DNA from: Oligoflexales bacterium
GTDB lineage: Bacteria; Bdellovibrionota_B; Oligoflexia; Oligoflexales; CAIYRB01
Length of the DNA stretch: 29,091 nucleotides
Direction of reading: 5' to 3'
Assembly: GCA_041736175.1 (NCBI GenBank)
Contig: JBGSUI010000051.1
Location: forward strand, 1-29,091
A model generated the notes under the pieces. That model was not told the origin of the DNA. It saw only the letters and a program-made list of their open reading frames with translations, and did not search any database. Made by a program: the position numbers and the translations under genes. Shown here piece by piece: positions 17,801 to 26,607 of this stretch (positions are counted from its first letter, which is position 1; every line of letters starts with the position of its first letter).

Positions 17801-19480
17801 CTGCCAGGAACTATTGCCCAGGAGAAACACGTCGCCCCGACTGCTCTCTAAGGCAAACTCTTCATTCACGCTGCCTACTACCGAGCCGTCATCCTCGACG
17901 ACCACGCGAAAATCCCCCAGTTCCGGGATGGCGCCGCCGCTGGTCACCGCCGCTAGCCGCGCTCCTTTGCGAGCTCTCAGCACTCCCGTCAGCCGGTCTA
18001 AGGTCAGGTAGGACCGGCGCTGGCGGCCTGGGGCAAAACCCTCCACGAGGGAGTTGATCAACTGATCAAAGGTGCCCCGCTCCAGATGGCGATAGGGATA
18101 AGCCTCTTTGACCAGGCCCCAAAGGTGGTCCACGGTCAGAGGCTGGTCGGTGTTATGACAGCAGGCTTCGGCGATCACCTGTTGGGCCAAAATATCCAGG
18201 GGCTGTTCGGGGATCACCAGGGCGTCGAGGGCTCCTTCGCGGACGGCCCAGAGGAGGGCAGTTGCCTCCACCAGCTCGTCGCGGGTGAGGGCAAAAAGGC
18301 GCCCTTTAGGGGTCCCCAGGACGGAGTGTCCTGCCCGACCGACCCTCTGGAGAAAAGTCGCAATGGCCCGGGGCGACCCGATCTGGCACACCAGATCCAC
18401 GGCCCCCACATCGATCCCTAGTTCGAGAGATGCGGTCGCCACGATGGCTTTGAGCTGGCCGGCTTTAAGCTGCTCTTCGGCCTTAAGGCGGTGCTCTTTG
18501 GCAAGGCTTCCATGATGACTTTGGACCTGGTCTTCTCCTAGGATCTGCGACAGATGAAAACAGACCCTTTCAGCGAGTTTTCGGGTGTTGACAAAAATCA
18601 GTGTGCTTTGGTGGGCACGGATCAGGTCCACAAGCCGCATATAGACTTCGGTCCATTGGTCGTGGCTACAAACCGCGGACAGGGGGCTTGCTGGAGCCTC
18701 GAGTCCTAGATCGAGGGTTCGCAGATGGCCGACGTTGATCACATGGACGGCCTTAGGCTCAGCACTGGAGCCCGTAAGAAATTGGGCCACCTGCTCTAAG
18801 GGCTTTTGGGTCGCGGAGAGGCCAATCCTCTGGGGTTTCTCGGCACAGATATGGTCCAATCTAGCGAGAGACAGCGCCAGATGGGAGCCTCTTTTGTCGC
18901 GAATCAAGGCGTGGATCTCGTCGACAATCACCGTCTTTACGGTGGAGAGCAGGGTGCGGCCTTTGTCGGTGGTTAACAGCAGGTACAGGGACTCTGGAGT
19001 GGTGACGAGGATATGGGGAGGTTTGCGGAGCATGGACTGGCGTTGGCTGGGAGGGGTGTCTCCTGTGCGCACTAGGGTGCGGATCTGGGGTGGTTCGAGG
19101 CCCATGAGTCGGGCTTCTTCTTGGATTTCTAGGAGGGGGTGTTCGAGGTTTTTGCGGACATCATTGCTAAGAGCCTTGAGGGGGGAGATATAGAGGACGC
19201 GGGTTTCTGCGGGCAACCCCCTGAGGACCCCTCCGTACTTAAGGTCTTCTTGGATTAACTGGTCGAGGGCGATCAAAAAAGCCGTCAGGGTTTTTCCCGA
19301 TCCTGTGGGTGCAGCAATCAGGGTATCCTGGCCGCTGCGGATGGCCGTCCACCCTTGTCTCTGGACTTCTGTAGGGCTCGGGAAAGCCTTTTGAAACCAT
19401 TGGATCGTCACAGGATGAAGTCCAAGGTCAGCGAGCTTATTATGTCCCCATGCCGCTTGTTTACCGAGAGGGTTTTCCAT
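14837..19480 (-). CDS. lhr: Lhr-family ATP-dependent DEAD/DEAH-box helicase (long form)
   Basis: APTGSGKT, YISPLKALSND, RTGDT, TTPESL, VDEIH, GLSAT, HHGSL, ATASLELGIDVG, QRVGRAGH, PFWFGE, and C-terminal RYGVV...EARGEVRGGQFV...GEQFA, AADPLNL. Likely start ATG 19480 (ORF open from 19528). Confidence 0.93.
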   Translation of the reverse strand: MENPLGKQAAWGHNKLADLGLHPVTIQWFQKAFPSPTEVQRQGWTAIRSGQDTLIAAPTGSGKTLTAFLIALDQLIQEDLKYGGVLRGLPAETRVLYISPLKALSNDVRKNLEHPLLEIQEEARLMGLEPPQIRTLVRTGDTPPSQRQSMLRKPPHILVTTPESLYLLLTTDKGRTLLSTVKTVIVDEIHALIRDKRGSHLALSLARLDHICAEKPQRIGLSATQKPLEQVAQFLTGSSAEPKAVHVINVGHLRTLDLGLEAPASPLSAVCSHDQWTEVYMRLVDLIRAHQSTLIFVNTRKLAERVCFHLSQILGEDQVQSHHGSLAKEHRLKAEEQLKAGQLKAIVATASLELGIDVGAVDLVCQIGSPRAIATFLQRVGRAGHSVLGTPKGRLFALTRDELVEATALLWAVREGALDALVIPEQPLDILAQQVIAEACCHNTDQPLTVDHLWGLVKEAYPYRHLERGTFDQLINSLVEGFAPGRQRRSYLTLDRLTGVLRARKGARLAAVTSGGAIPELGDFRVVVEDDGSVVGSVNEEFALESSRGDVFLLGNSSWQIVQLRGMDLFVRDAQGAPPTIPFWFGESPGRTPELSAYVSQLRDQMSGMIDLGSLEASPLGDLESVDQLLALDPEPYRPARGWLETTLGLHPWLSMQLVHYMAVQKAAMGILPTQKNVVFERFFDDTSGMQLVIHSPYGMRINKGFGLALRKRFCRSFDFELQASADNDGIVLSLSDQQSFATDQLFSMLTPANVKALLEQAILQAPLFNLRWRWNTNRALAVLRSMAGKRIPPVLQRFRADDLMTAVFPAQTQCKENVVGDIPIPDHPLIRQTMDDCLYEAIDLVGLIALLNQVQNQEVRFLAVDTREPSPFSYQLLNAMPYAFLDDAPLEERRTRALTLRRTLPLGDLKDLARLDPDAIAIVQQQVWPEIHGHEDLAETLTLLGAISKGDLFTKNPRPEDQASLETWMRELQRQKRALEISLEISLAPHGPVLWVPLDQLDLVLAALSHQKSPMTKSPDLNLPKAFARVFSIEDATEFLVKSYMDTHPILWGSELPQHLGLDPSLVAAVLAKLESEGALVRGHFTTLPDESTANLDRPLAKISPLQVQWCERRLLARIHRLTIDGLRSQIKPVSVAEFFHFLVEHQGASPTSIGSGRDQLPKVLDQLQGFEAPAGMWESEILGLRIHDYQTRWLDDLTLSGTWSWGRLTAVPGEYGTGSSTVEPPANPLPPSGGMNRIVSISFCPRMDLEWMIDPERLKTSPISLPPEDPNEPVYRILKDYGALFFPEILAKVRGLESELQDQLSELSRRGLIHGDGFGAIRDLVQKSRSNSSSARSPAGGLKGRLRARFSQRSGTGGSNSMTGGGRWSVFPPPFLSLTEFDPEARAYRWAEVLLKRYGVVFKALLSREQAAPSWPVILRALRLMEARGEVRGGQFVAGPWGEQFAKEETIARLRSFRGKTALWTVIHAADPLNLVGTLLNREGEKVPATHRVVLGIVDGEVVAKRLGTEIVFLKVVSKPLEFELRQSLLLMGSFRSQLWQRSRR

Positions 19481-19646
19481 CCCGAGATCTTCTCCTGATT
19501 CTCCTGGAATCCGCTCCAGGACCCCCAAGATGCCGCAGCCTGTCGAAAAAGCCTAGTCCCAAATCGTCTGTTTGTCTGGTATGACTAGCGGCAGTGTTGC
19601 AAAAGCTTACACACTCAAAAACCGTGAAGCAAAGGAGCAAGGTCGA

Positions 19647-20264
19647 ATGAAGGAGACACAATCAAAAGAAACAACCCCTGCCCAGGATTCCAATCACCCT
19701 GTCCATTTGTTTAAAGCCTGGTTTGCGGAGGCCCAGAAAACCCCGCTGCTTGAGCCCACCAGCGTGGCTCTGGCCACCTCCACGCCCGAGGGCCGCCCTT
19801 CGGTGCGGATGGTCTTGCTTAAGGGTGCCGACGAAAAAGGCTTTGTGATCTATACCAACCTTACCAGCCGCAAAGGCCGCGAACTCCAGGAAAACCCCCA
19901 GGCGGCCCTCTGCTTCCATTGGGATCCGCTGCGTAAACAAGTTAGGGTTACGGGCCGATGCGAAAGGGTTTCTGACCAGGAAGCGGACGCCTACTTTGCA
20001 AGCCGCCACCGGACGAGCCAGATCGGTGCGTGGGCCTCTAAGCAGTCCCAAGAGCTTTCGGGAAGGTTCGAACTGGAGTCGCGGATCGCTCATTTTGGAG
20101 TCGTTTACGGAGTAGGCCCTATCCCGCGTCCCCCCTTTTGGTCGGGGTTTCGGCTGGTCCCCGATGCGATAGAGTTTTGGGAAGACCGTAAATTCAGGCT
20201 CCATGACCGGTTTGTTTTTGAACGGGACGGGGATACCTGGACTAAAAAGCAGCTTTTTCCTTAG
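19647..20264 (+). CDS. pdxH: Pyridoxamine 5'-phosphate oxidase
   Basis: PSVRMVLLKG, YTNLTSRKG, YFASR, SQIGAWASKQS, PRPPFWSGF, EFWEDRKFRLHDR. Start ATG 19647 after AAGGAG. Confidence 0.96.
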   Translation: MKETQSKETTPAQDSNHPVHLFKAWFAEAQKTPLLEPTSVALATSTPEGRPSVRMVLLKGADEKGFVIYTNLTSRKGRELQENPQAALCFHWDPLRKQVRVTGRCERVSDQEADAYFASRHRTSQIGAWASKQSQELSGRFELESRIAHFGVVYGVGPIPRPPFWSGFRLVPDAIEFWEDRKFRLHDRFVFERDGDTWTKKQLFP

Positions 20265-20369
20265 GACAAAACCCGAAACAACCCTGTTTTTATGGTATAG
20301 CATATCCTAAATAACCCTGATATTATGGAATGGCAAACCATAGGAACAGGGGTTTTTGGGGGATATAAT

Positions 20370-21695
20370 TTGTATATAACTAGAAATATTGACTCTTTAC
20401 TGATTTCTTGGGCAGTTAAATCTCACCGCCTACCTCTTATCCTGCGCGGGGCCCGCCAAGTGGGCAAGACGGCTGCGGTGATGAGGCTTGGAGAGACGAG
20501 TGGAAGATTTGCCAATGTGGTCAAAATCGATTTTGAGGAGGATCCAGGGTTAGGCAAGATTTTTGCGGGTTCCCTTAAAGCCGAGCAGATCAAACGGGAT
20601 CTGGAGGCGTTTACCGCCCAGTCGATCAAACCGGGACAGACCCTTCTCTTTTTAGATGAGATCCAAGAATGCCCCCGTGCCGTGTCTGCCCTCCGTTACT
20701 TTCGTGAGCAAATGCCCGACCTCCATGTGGTGGCGGCAGGCAGTCTGCTCGAATTTATCCTTGGGGAAATCTCTATGCCCGTGGGCCGCGTCGAGTATCT
20801 TTTTGTTCGTCCATTGACCTTTGGTGAGTTTCTCGGGGCCACCCGTCGCCAGATTCTCGACGAGCGGAGACCCTCTCTCGGTGACGGGTCGCCACAGGTT
20901 TCTTTGTCAGCCACCGAAGCCGAGGCCCTTGATAAAGCCCACTTAGAATACACCATCGTCGGCGGGATGCCAGAAGCCGTCGCGACCTTTGTGCAAAGCA
21001 AATCGTTTATCGAGACATCCCAAGTCCACGATCGTCTGCTCAGGTCCTTTCGCGATGATATCCCTAAGTATGCCAAAGGTGATTTACAGCGCCAAAATCT
21101 AGCCCAGACCTATGTTGCCTTAGCAGCCTCCGTGGGGCAGCAGATCACTTACACAAAGTTGCTCGATGATGATCCAAAACGAACTAAGCTCAGTGTTCAT
21201 CTTTTAGATCAGGCCATGGTGGTGAGTCTTGTGAGGTCGGCTTCAGCAAGCGGGATCCCCCTGGGTGCGAGCGCATCGACCAAATACCTTAAGCCCATTT
21301 ACTTGGATATTGGTCTTATGCAGAGAGCTTGTGGCCGCTCTCCTGCCCAAGCTCTCGAAAGTCCTAACTTGCTTACAGCCTTCAAAGGACAAATAGCCGA
21401 ACAATACATCGGACAGGAGCTTTTGGGGAGTCGTGGCGGCATTGATGATGAGAAGCTTTATTTTTGGCAACGGAGTGAGCGAGGGTCCACAGCCGAAGTG
21501 GATTTCTTAATGGCGCGGTCGGGGCATGTGGTGCCGATCGAGGTTAAAAGTGGTCCCTCTGGCCGCCTGAGAAGCCTCCATCTTTTGCTGGAAACTTTTC
21601 CTGAGATCCCCCTGGGGTATTGTTTCCAACAGCGTGTCCATGCCCAAAAGGTAGACAAAATAATGTTTGTTCCTCTCTGGTCTAAAATCCTTTAA
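20370..21695 (+). CDS. AAA_14 ATPase with a DUF4143 (PD-(D/E)XK-like) C-terminal domain
   Basis: LRGARQVGKT (Walker A), LFLDEIQ (Walker B), AAGSLL, PVGRV, VGGMPEAV, AEVDF, VPIEVKSG. Probable start is TTG 20370 (ORF open from 20325). Confidence 0.92.
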   Translation: MYITRNIDSLLISWAVKSHRLPLILRGARQVGKTAAVMRLGETSGRFANVVKIDFEEDPGLGKIFAGSLKAEQIKRDLEAFTAQSIKPGQTLLFLDEIQECPRAVSALRYFREQMPDLHVVAAGSLLEFILGEISMPVGRVEYLFVRPLTFGEFLGATRRQILDERRPSLGDGSPQVSLSATEAEALDKAHLEYTIVGGMPEAVATFVQSKSFIETSQVHDRLLRSFRDDIPKYAKGDLQRQNLAQTYVALAASVGQQITYTKLLDDDPKRTKLSVHLLDQAMVVSLVRSASASGIPLGASASTKYLKPIYLDIGLMQRACGRSPAQALESPNLLTAFKGQIAEQYIGQELLGSRGGIDDEKLYFWQRSERGSTAEVDFLMARSGHVVPIEVKSGPSGRLRSLHLLLETFPEIPLGYCFQQRVHAQKVDKIMFVPLWSKIL

Positions 21696-21704
21696 AACAT
21701 CCCC

Positions 21705-22796
21705 TTATTTGCCAATTTTAACCTTATCATCCTCAGCCTGCACTGTGGTTTCGTCATCTTGGAAGTTGGGGGAGAGGTTTTTTTGGTCTACCAGCACGGC
21801 CTCCAATTCGACCTTAAGACCCTTGGTAAAGTCCTCAAAGTCTTTGCCGATGAGCTGGTCTATCATTCCGGTGCCGTCAGCCTTAGGCATTGCCTTAATC
21901 AAAGCCTCCATCTGGGGTGATAGGATGCCTTCGGTGTTTTGAAAAGAGTCCATAAGGTCTTTGGCAGGAGCCTGAATTTTGATCGATAAGATCGCCAGGG
22001 GATTAAGAGACATGGTCCATTCAATCCGGTCCGCGAGGCCATTGCTAACTCGATCGATGCCCTCAAAGCCAGATTCGATTTTTTCCCATTGCATCACGTC
22101 ATGGAACGTCCGCTTAAACTCTGTGGACCGTAAATCCTTGCCAAAACTCATCATACGGATTTGGCATACCCCCGAGGTCTTGGACTGGGTTTTATCGTCA
22201 AAGGCCTCAAGGGGGACTAAAATATTGAGCTTTTCTAGATCGCTTGCCTTGGCCGCTAGGAAGGACGGCATATAGGGTCTCGAGGGGCTATAGGAGAGAG
22301 TCCCCATTTTTTTCATCCTGATCGTATTGTTGAGGACCTCGACATTATCGTCGCTCGGAACGAGGGTAAAGACCTTGAGGAGTGGTTTGATATCTGCCTT
22401 GCCCAGAGGTCCGCAGTCCAGAGTTCCCTCTGGAAATTGCAGCATGGGTTGACCCTTTTTGAGAGCAGTAAACACTTTGATATTGACACTTCCCGTGCAA
22501 GTCTGGGTGCCAAGGGTTGCTGTTTTTACCACATAATGGGCATCGATAAGAGTGTCGCCGCTAAATAGATCTCTTGGATCCTTAAAGGGAGCTTTTTTGG
22601 AATCGGATTTTTGCGCATTTTGTTCCGTGTCGACCACGTTGCTTGATTGGCCCTTAAATTCACTGGCTTTGGGGGAGGAGTTGGTCGGTGGCTGTCTGGG
22701 GGCCGAGCAGCTAGGAAACAGGGTGACGGCACAGAGGAGGACTAAAGACCATGGGCCATTGGACGGTATTTGGGTTTGTGGTGTTTGCTCTGTCAT
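21705..22796 (-). CDS. Hypothetical lipoprotein
   Basis: 363 aa. Hydrophobic stretch WSLVLLCAVTLFPS-C, followed by a low-complexity linker. RBS GGGAG. Confidence 0.75.
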   Translation of the reverse strand: MTEQTPQTQIPSNGPWSLVLLCAVTLFPSCSAPRQPPTNSSPKASEFKGQSSNVVDTEQNAQKSDSKKAPFKDPRDLFSGDTLIDAHYVVKTATLGTQTCTGSVNIKVFTALKKGQPMLQFPEGTLDCGPLGKADIKPLLKVFTLVPSDDNVEVLNNTIRMKKMGTLSYSPSRPYMPSFLAAKASDLEKLNILVPLEAFDDKTQSKTSGVCQIRMMSFGKDLRSTEFKRTFHDVMQWEKIESGFEGIDRVSNGLADRIEWTMSLNPLAILSIKIQAPAKDLMDSFQNTEGILSPQMEALIKAMPKADGTGMIDQLIGKDFEDFTKGLKVELEAVLVDQKNLSPNFQDDETTVQAEDDKVKIGK

Positions 22797-23046
22797 GGAT
22801 TAAAGACTCCCCGGTTGATCATGGTTGCTTGGGTCCGTTAGAAGAACTATCGGAAGGAGGGAGACGAATATCCACTCGAGTCGAAATAGCTGATCATCAT
22901 AAGTAGTTAGAATGCCGTAATAGTTGCGGAAGATTGGAATTCAATCTTTTCGAGATTCTGCTGGCTGGCTGCCCAGTAATCTGACCTTGGCGCAACCTCC
23001 GAGGGGTGCTATTTTCGCCACCGGTTTTAGATTGAGGAGGAAAACC

Positions 23047-24453
23047 TTGGGACAACATGCTGACGGGTCGCGTAGCGGCACTGCAAAAGGAACGGTAGAT
23101 ACGGGCTTTTTTGGCCATCCACGGGGACTAGCCGTGCTTTTTTTGACGGAGATGTGGGAGCGCTTTAGTTTCTATGGGATGCGGGCTCTTCTCGTCCTAT
23201 ATATGGTCCAGTATCTTTTTACCGATCCAGCGGTCGCCGACCAGGTTTTAGGGTTTTCGGCCATCCGTGGCCTGCTCGAATCCCTCTACGGCCCCCTAGA
23301 GACCCAGCCTTTTGCCTCGCAGATCTATGGTCTCTATACGGGCCTGGTCTACTTTACGCCGTTTTTTGGCGGGATCATGGCTGATCGGTGGCTAGGGCAG
23401 AGACGGTCGGTGATTTTAGGTGCCGTCCTAATGGCAATCGGTCACTTTTTGATGGCTTTTGAATCCTACTTTTTTTTGGCTTTGATCTTTCTGATCTTTG
23501 GAAACGGAGCCTTTAAACCGAATATCTCCACCCAGGTGGCCGACCTCTATCCGGAGGGAGATTCTCGCCGCGATGGGGCCTTTACGATCTTTTATATGGG
23601 AATCAATCTCGGTGCTTTTTTGGCTCCTTTGGTCTGTGGGACCCTGGGACAAAAAGTCGGATGGCACTATGGATTTGGCGCCGCAGGGGTCGGAATGCTT
23701 TTAGGCCTCTTGATTTATATCGTCGGGCAGCCTTGGATTCAGGCCAATGTGGAGCAGAGCGGCAAAAAACTCCCTGCAAAAACGACGGAATCCCAGGGAC
23801 AAAAACTCACTCCAGCGGAGTGGAAGGCGATCATCGCCCTGGTGGTCTTGTGTTCTCTTAACATCGTGTTTTGGGCGGTCTACGAGCAGCAGGGAAACAC
23901 CATGCAGCTTTGGGCCAATGACCGCACTGACTGGATGTTCCTAGGGTTCGAAGTCCCCTCCACTTGGTTTCAACTGTTTAATCCCATCATGATTTTTATG
24001 TTTGCACCCCTGCTGGGAATGTTTTGGAAAAATCAGTCTCTCCGAGGCAAAGAACCCACGTCCGTCACAAAGATGTCCATGGGCTGCTTTCTCCTTGGTC
24101 TTGCCTTTGTCGTGATGATCCTTGCCGCCCAGATGGTCCCCCCGGACCAAAAAGGCTCCGTCTTGTGGCTCTTAGGGACGACCTTTATCCTGACCATTGG
24201 CGAGCTTTATCTATCGCCGGTAGGTCTCTCCCTTGTGACAAAAGTTTCGCCCTTGCGCATGGTCTCCATGATGATGGGGATGTGGTTTCTGTCCAGTTTT
24301 ATCGGCAACTATCTCAGCGGCTACCTGGGGACTTTTTACGACACCATGGCTAAAACCGACTTTTTCCTAATGCTCACGCTTTTGTCCTTTGTAGCCGGGC
24401 TTGCGATCTTTGCGTTTAACCGTCCTCTGAAGTCAGCTTTGGGCCACCACTAG
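23047..24453 (+). CDS. POT/PTR family proton-dependent oligopeptide transporter (DtpT-like)
   Basis: FFGHPRGL, EMWERFSFYGMRA (ExxERFxYY-like), GNGAFKPNIS, FTIFYMGINLGA, GELYLSPVGLS. Probable start is TTG 23047 after GAGGAGG (ORF open from 22924). Confidence 0.95.
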   Translation: MGQHADGSRSGTAKGTVDTGFFGHPRGLAVLFLTEMWERFSFYGMRALLVLYMVQYLFTDPAVADQVLGFSAIRGLLESLYGPLETQPFASQIYGLYTGLVYFTPFFGGIMADRWLGQRRSVILGAVLMAIGHFLMAFESYFFLALIFLIFGNGAFKPNISTQVADLYPEGDSRRDGAFTIFYMGINLGAFLAPLVCGTLGQKVGWHYGFGAAGVGMLLGLLIYIVGQPWIQANVEQSGKKLPAKTTESQGQKLTPAEWKAIIALVVLCSLNIVFWAVYEQQGNTMQLWANDRTDWMFLGFEVPSTWFQLFNPIMIFMFAPLLGMFWKNQSLRGKEPTSVTKMSMGCFLLGLAFVVMILAAQMVPPDQKGSVLWLLGTTFILTIGELYLSPVGLSLVTKVSPLRMVSMMMGMWFLSSFIGNYLSGYLGTFYDTMAKTDFFLMLTLLSFVAGLAIFAFNRPLKSALGHH

Positions 24454-24468
24454 GGATTCCAGCCATTT

Positions 24469-24502
24469 AAAAAAGGGAGGTGGGGGAGTTTCCCCACCAC
24501 CC
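24469..24502 (-). terminator. Rho-independent terminator of the metallopeptidase gene
   Basis: Minus strand gggtggtgggga-aac-tcccccacctccc followed by a T6 run. Confidence 0.65.
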
Positions 24503-24575
24503 ACCGCAAAATGCCATGAACTCTGCCCCGCAGGCTCCCCCCGAAGCTTTCGAGGAGTCATCATGGCCCAAAAAA

Positions 24576-26360
24576 CTAGCTTTCTGTGGCCTCTGACTTG
24601 CAGTCGGGGCTTTTTTTGGCTAACCCATGATCGGTGAAAGCCTGGTTGATTTCGCAAAAGTTTGGAGTCCCATTGGTGGGGTCTTGGTCGTTGTCATCGA
24701 TAACCAAAATGGCCTTGTAAACATCGGTGTATCGAGATGCGGTAAACACACTTTTAAGAGCATACTGGGACAGGAGGTCCACTGCTTTTTCGGAATTGTG
24801 TTTAGTTTTAAGGGTCTTGTAAAGATCCCAAAAGGTGCTCCCGATAATAAGTCCTTCCGAATGGACTTCGCCGCGGTCTTTAGGGTAGACCTTGTTGGGT
24901 TCAAGGTCTCTGACAGGTTTCCCATCCGTAAAAAAGCCAATACCCAGGATATTGGATTCGGTCATGAGGACGGACATGATATCGCCAAACCCCTCTGAAA
25001 AGGCGCCGTCCTCGATACCTCCCGTGTTGTCGTCGAGCCCATGGCCCCATTCATGGTAGACCACATCAGCGATCAGGGCGGTGTTGGCACATCGACCTCC
25101 GGCACTAAAAAAGTTGGTTGTAGTCCCGTCCCAGTAGGCGTTGCAGGTCTGGCCTAGGTTGACGTTGACCGAAAGTGGTTTTTCGAGCCACTTGGTTTGC
25201 ACATACTTACCGGCATAGTCGATGATCTTTTGGGTGTGGACATAGGCCATGGCTTGGGCCATATTTTTATCGGTATAATCCCGGTCGGTGCCTTTTTTGT
25301 AAGCGATCTCCCACAGATTATCCTTAAGGACGCCATCGACATTGAGCAGTGCCCCCGTGGTTGGTTTGACTTTGACTAGGGTGCCCTTAAACCCTGCGAT
25401 TTTAGGCGTCACCTCCCCAGTCGTTGCAAAGGACCCATCCTTGCCGGTGGTGAGGCTTTGGGTGCCGGCACTGACCGTGACTTTAGGGAGAGCTACTTGC
25501 TTGATCTCGTCCTTATACCAGCGAGGATAGATATCCCCGACTGCTTGTCCGCGAACGAGGGGCGAAGTCGGATCGGCATAGTTGACCTGTTGGGGTATCA
25601 CGGTCATGACTTCCAGACGTCCGAGATCAACATCAACAAAATATAGTTTTCTTCCCTGATCGACCACCAGATAGCGCTGGACTCTAACTTTTTCGTAGCC
25701 ACTCGTATGCTGACGGATTTTCCAATAGCTTGCCTTTTCGACCACGGTGTCCACCAGCATCAGGTCTGCCGTATCCCGTTCGATCAACGAGCGAGCGACT
25801 TCGATAGAAGGGGGAGGTGTCTTGGTCCACTGTGAAGCTGCAGCTTCACTATAGCTGTGATTGATGACCTGGACCAATTGGCCTTTTTTAAACTGGAGGT
25901 CGATGGAACCGTCGAGGAGTTGGACGCCTTCGATCATCACTCGATATTTTACAAACTGGACATCGTTGTCGATCAGGAGTGAGCTTTGGTCTAAGACGAG
26001 GTTATCAAAAGAAACCCCAAAGTCCACCGCATGTTGTTTGAGAAAATCTGAGGCGATTTTCAAAATCGAGCGTTCGTCTACGGCTTGGGATTCCTGGGGA
26101 GTATCCCAGAGCTTGCCGCTGATCACCCGTGGAGATCCTGTGAGTTGGTCTACTTGGACGAGGTGATCTCCAGCAAAGGCCTGGCTCATAAAACCCATAG
26201 GAGCATCAACAAACTCTGGTCTAATGACGGAACCACTCAGCATTAATTTCGACTTTTCGCTAAGATTCGGCAAAGGTTGTGTGACAGCCATGACATTTGA
26301 ATGTTGGGCTAAAAAAGTAAAAGGCACCAGTCCAATCAATGCTTTTGAACGTCGATTCAT
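24576..26360 (-). CDS. Secreted zinc metallopeptidase, M36/M4 (fungalysin/thermolysin-like), with FTP-like propeptide
   Basis: Signal peptide, CNAYWDG, VVYHEWGHGLD (HExxH), FSEGFGD (third-ligand Glu), EVHSEG. Confidence 0.9.
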   Translation of the reverse strand: MNRRSKALIGLVPFTFLAQHSNVMAVTQPLPNLSEKSKLMLSGSVIRPEFVDAPMGFMSQAFAGDHLVQVDQLTGSPRVISGKLWDTPQESQAVDERSILKIASDFLKQHAVDFGVSFDNLVLDQSSLLIDNDVQFVKYRVMIEGVQLLDGSIDLQFKKGQLVQVINHSYSEAAASQWTKTPPPSIEVARSLIERDTADLMLVDTVVEKASYWKIRQHTSGYEKVRVQRYLVVDQGRKLYFVDVDLGRLEVMTVIPQQVNYADPTSPLVRGQAVGDIYPRWYKDEIKQVALPKVTVSAGTQSLTTGKDGSFATTGEVTPKIAGFKGTLVKVKPTTGALLNVDGVLKDNLWEIAYKKGTDRDYTDKNMAQAMAYVHTQKIIDYAGKYVQTKWLEKPLSVNVNLGQTCNAYWDGTTTNFFSAGGRCANTALIADVVYHEWGHGLDDNTGGIEDGAFSEGFGDIMSVLMTESNILGIGFFTDGKPVRDLEPNKVYPKDRGEVHSEGLIIGSTFWDLYKTLKTKHNSEKAVDLLSQYALKSVFTASRYTDVYKAILVIDDNDQDPTNGTPNFCEINQAFTDHGLAKKSPDCKSEATES

Positions 26361-26607
26361 TCCGCCCCCCCTAAATTTTGTTTCGATGTTTACCTAAAGG
26401 TAATCTAATGTTGGTTGATACACCAATATTTTGTCACAAAAATGGATTTAGTTGAGGGGAATTCAGTGTTTTCTAAGGAGACGGTGGAGCTGGCCAGGTG
26501 GCCAGTTGATTGATTGCTTTAATTAATTCCATAATATCAAATATTTAAACAAAAGCATGGAAAAAATGAGGGCCTTGTTCTAGCTCATGATCACAAGCGG
26601 AGATCTT

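Noticed and set aside
14829..19193. Many plus-strand ORFs within lhr
   Set aside because: They are antisense shadows expected in GC-rich coding DNA.
19662..20303. 213-aa minus-strand ORF
   Set aside because: It is an antisense shadow of pdxH with no recognisable motifs.
26535..26547. IHF-like site TATCAAATATTTA upstream of the peptidase
   Set aside because: It matches the consensus, but such matches are frequent in AT-rich intergenic DNA and nothing else supports it.
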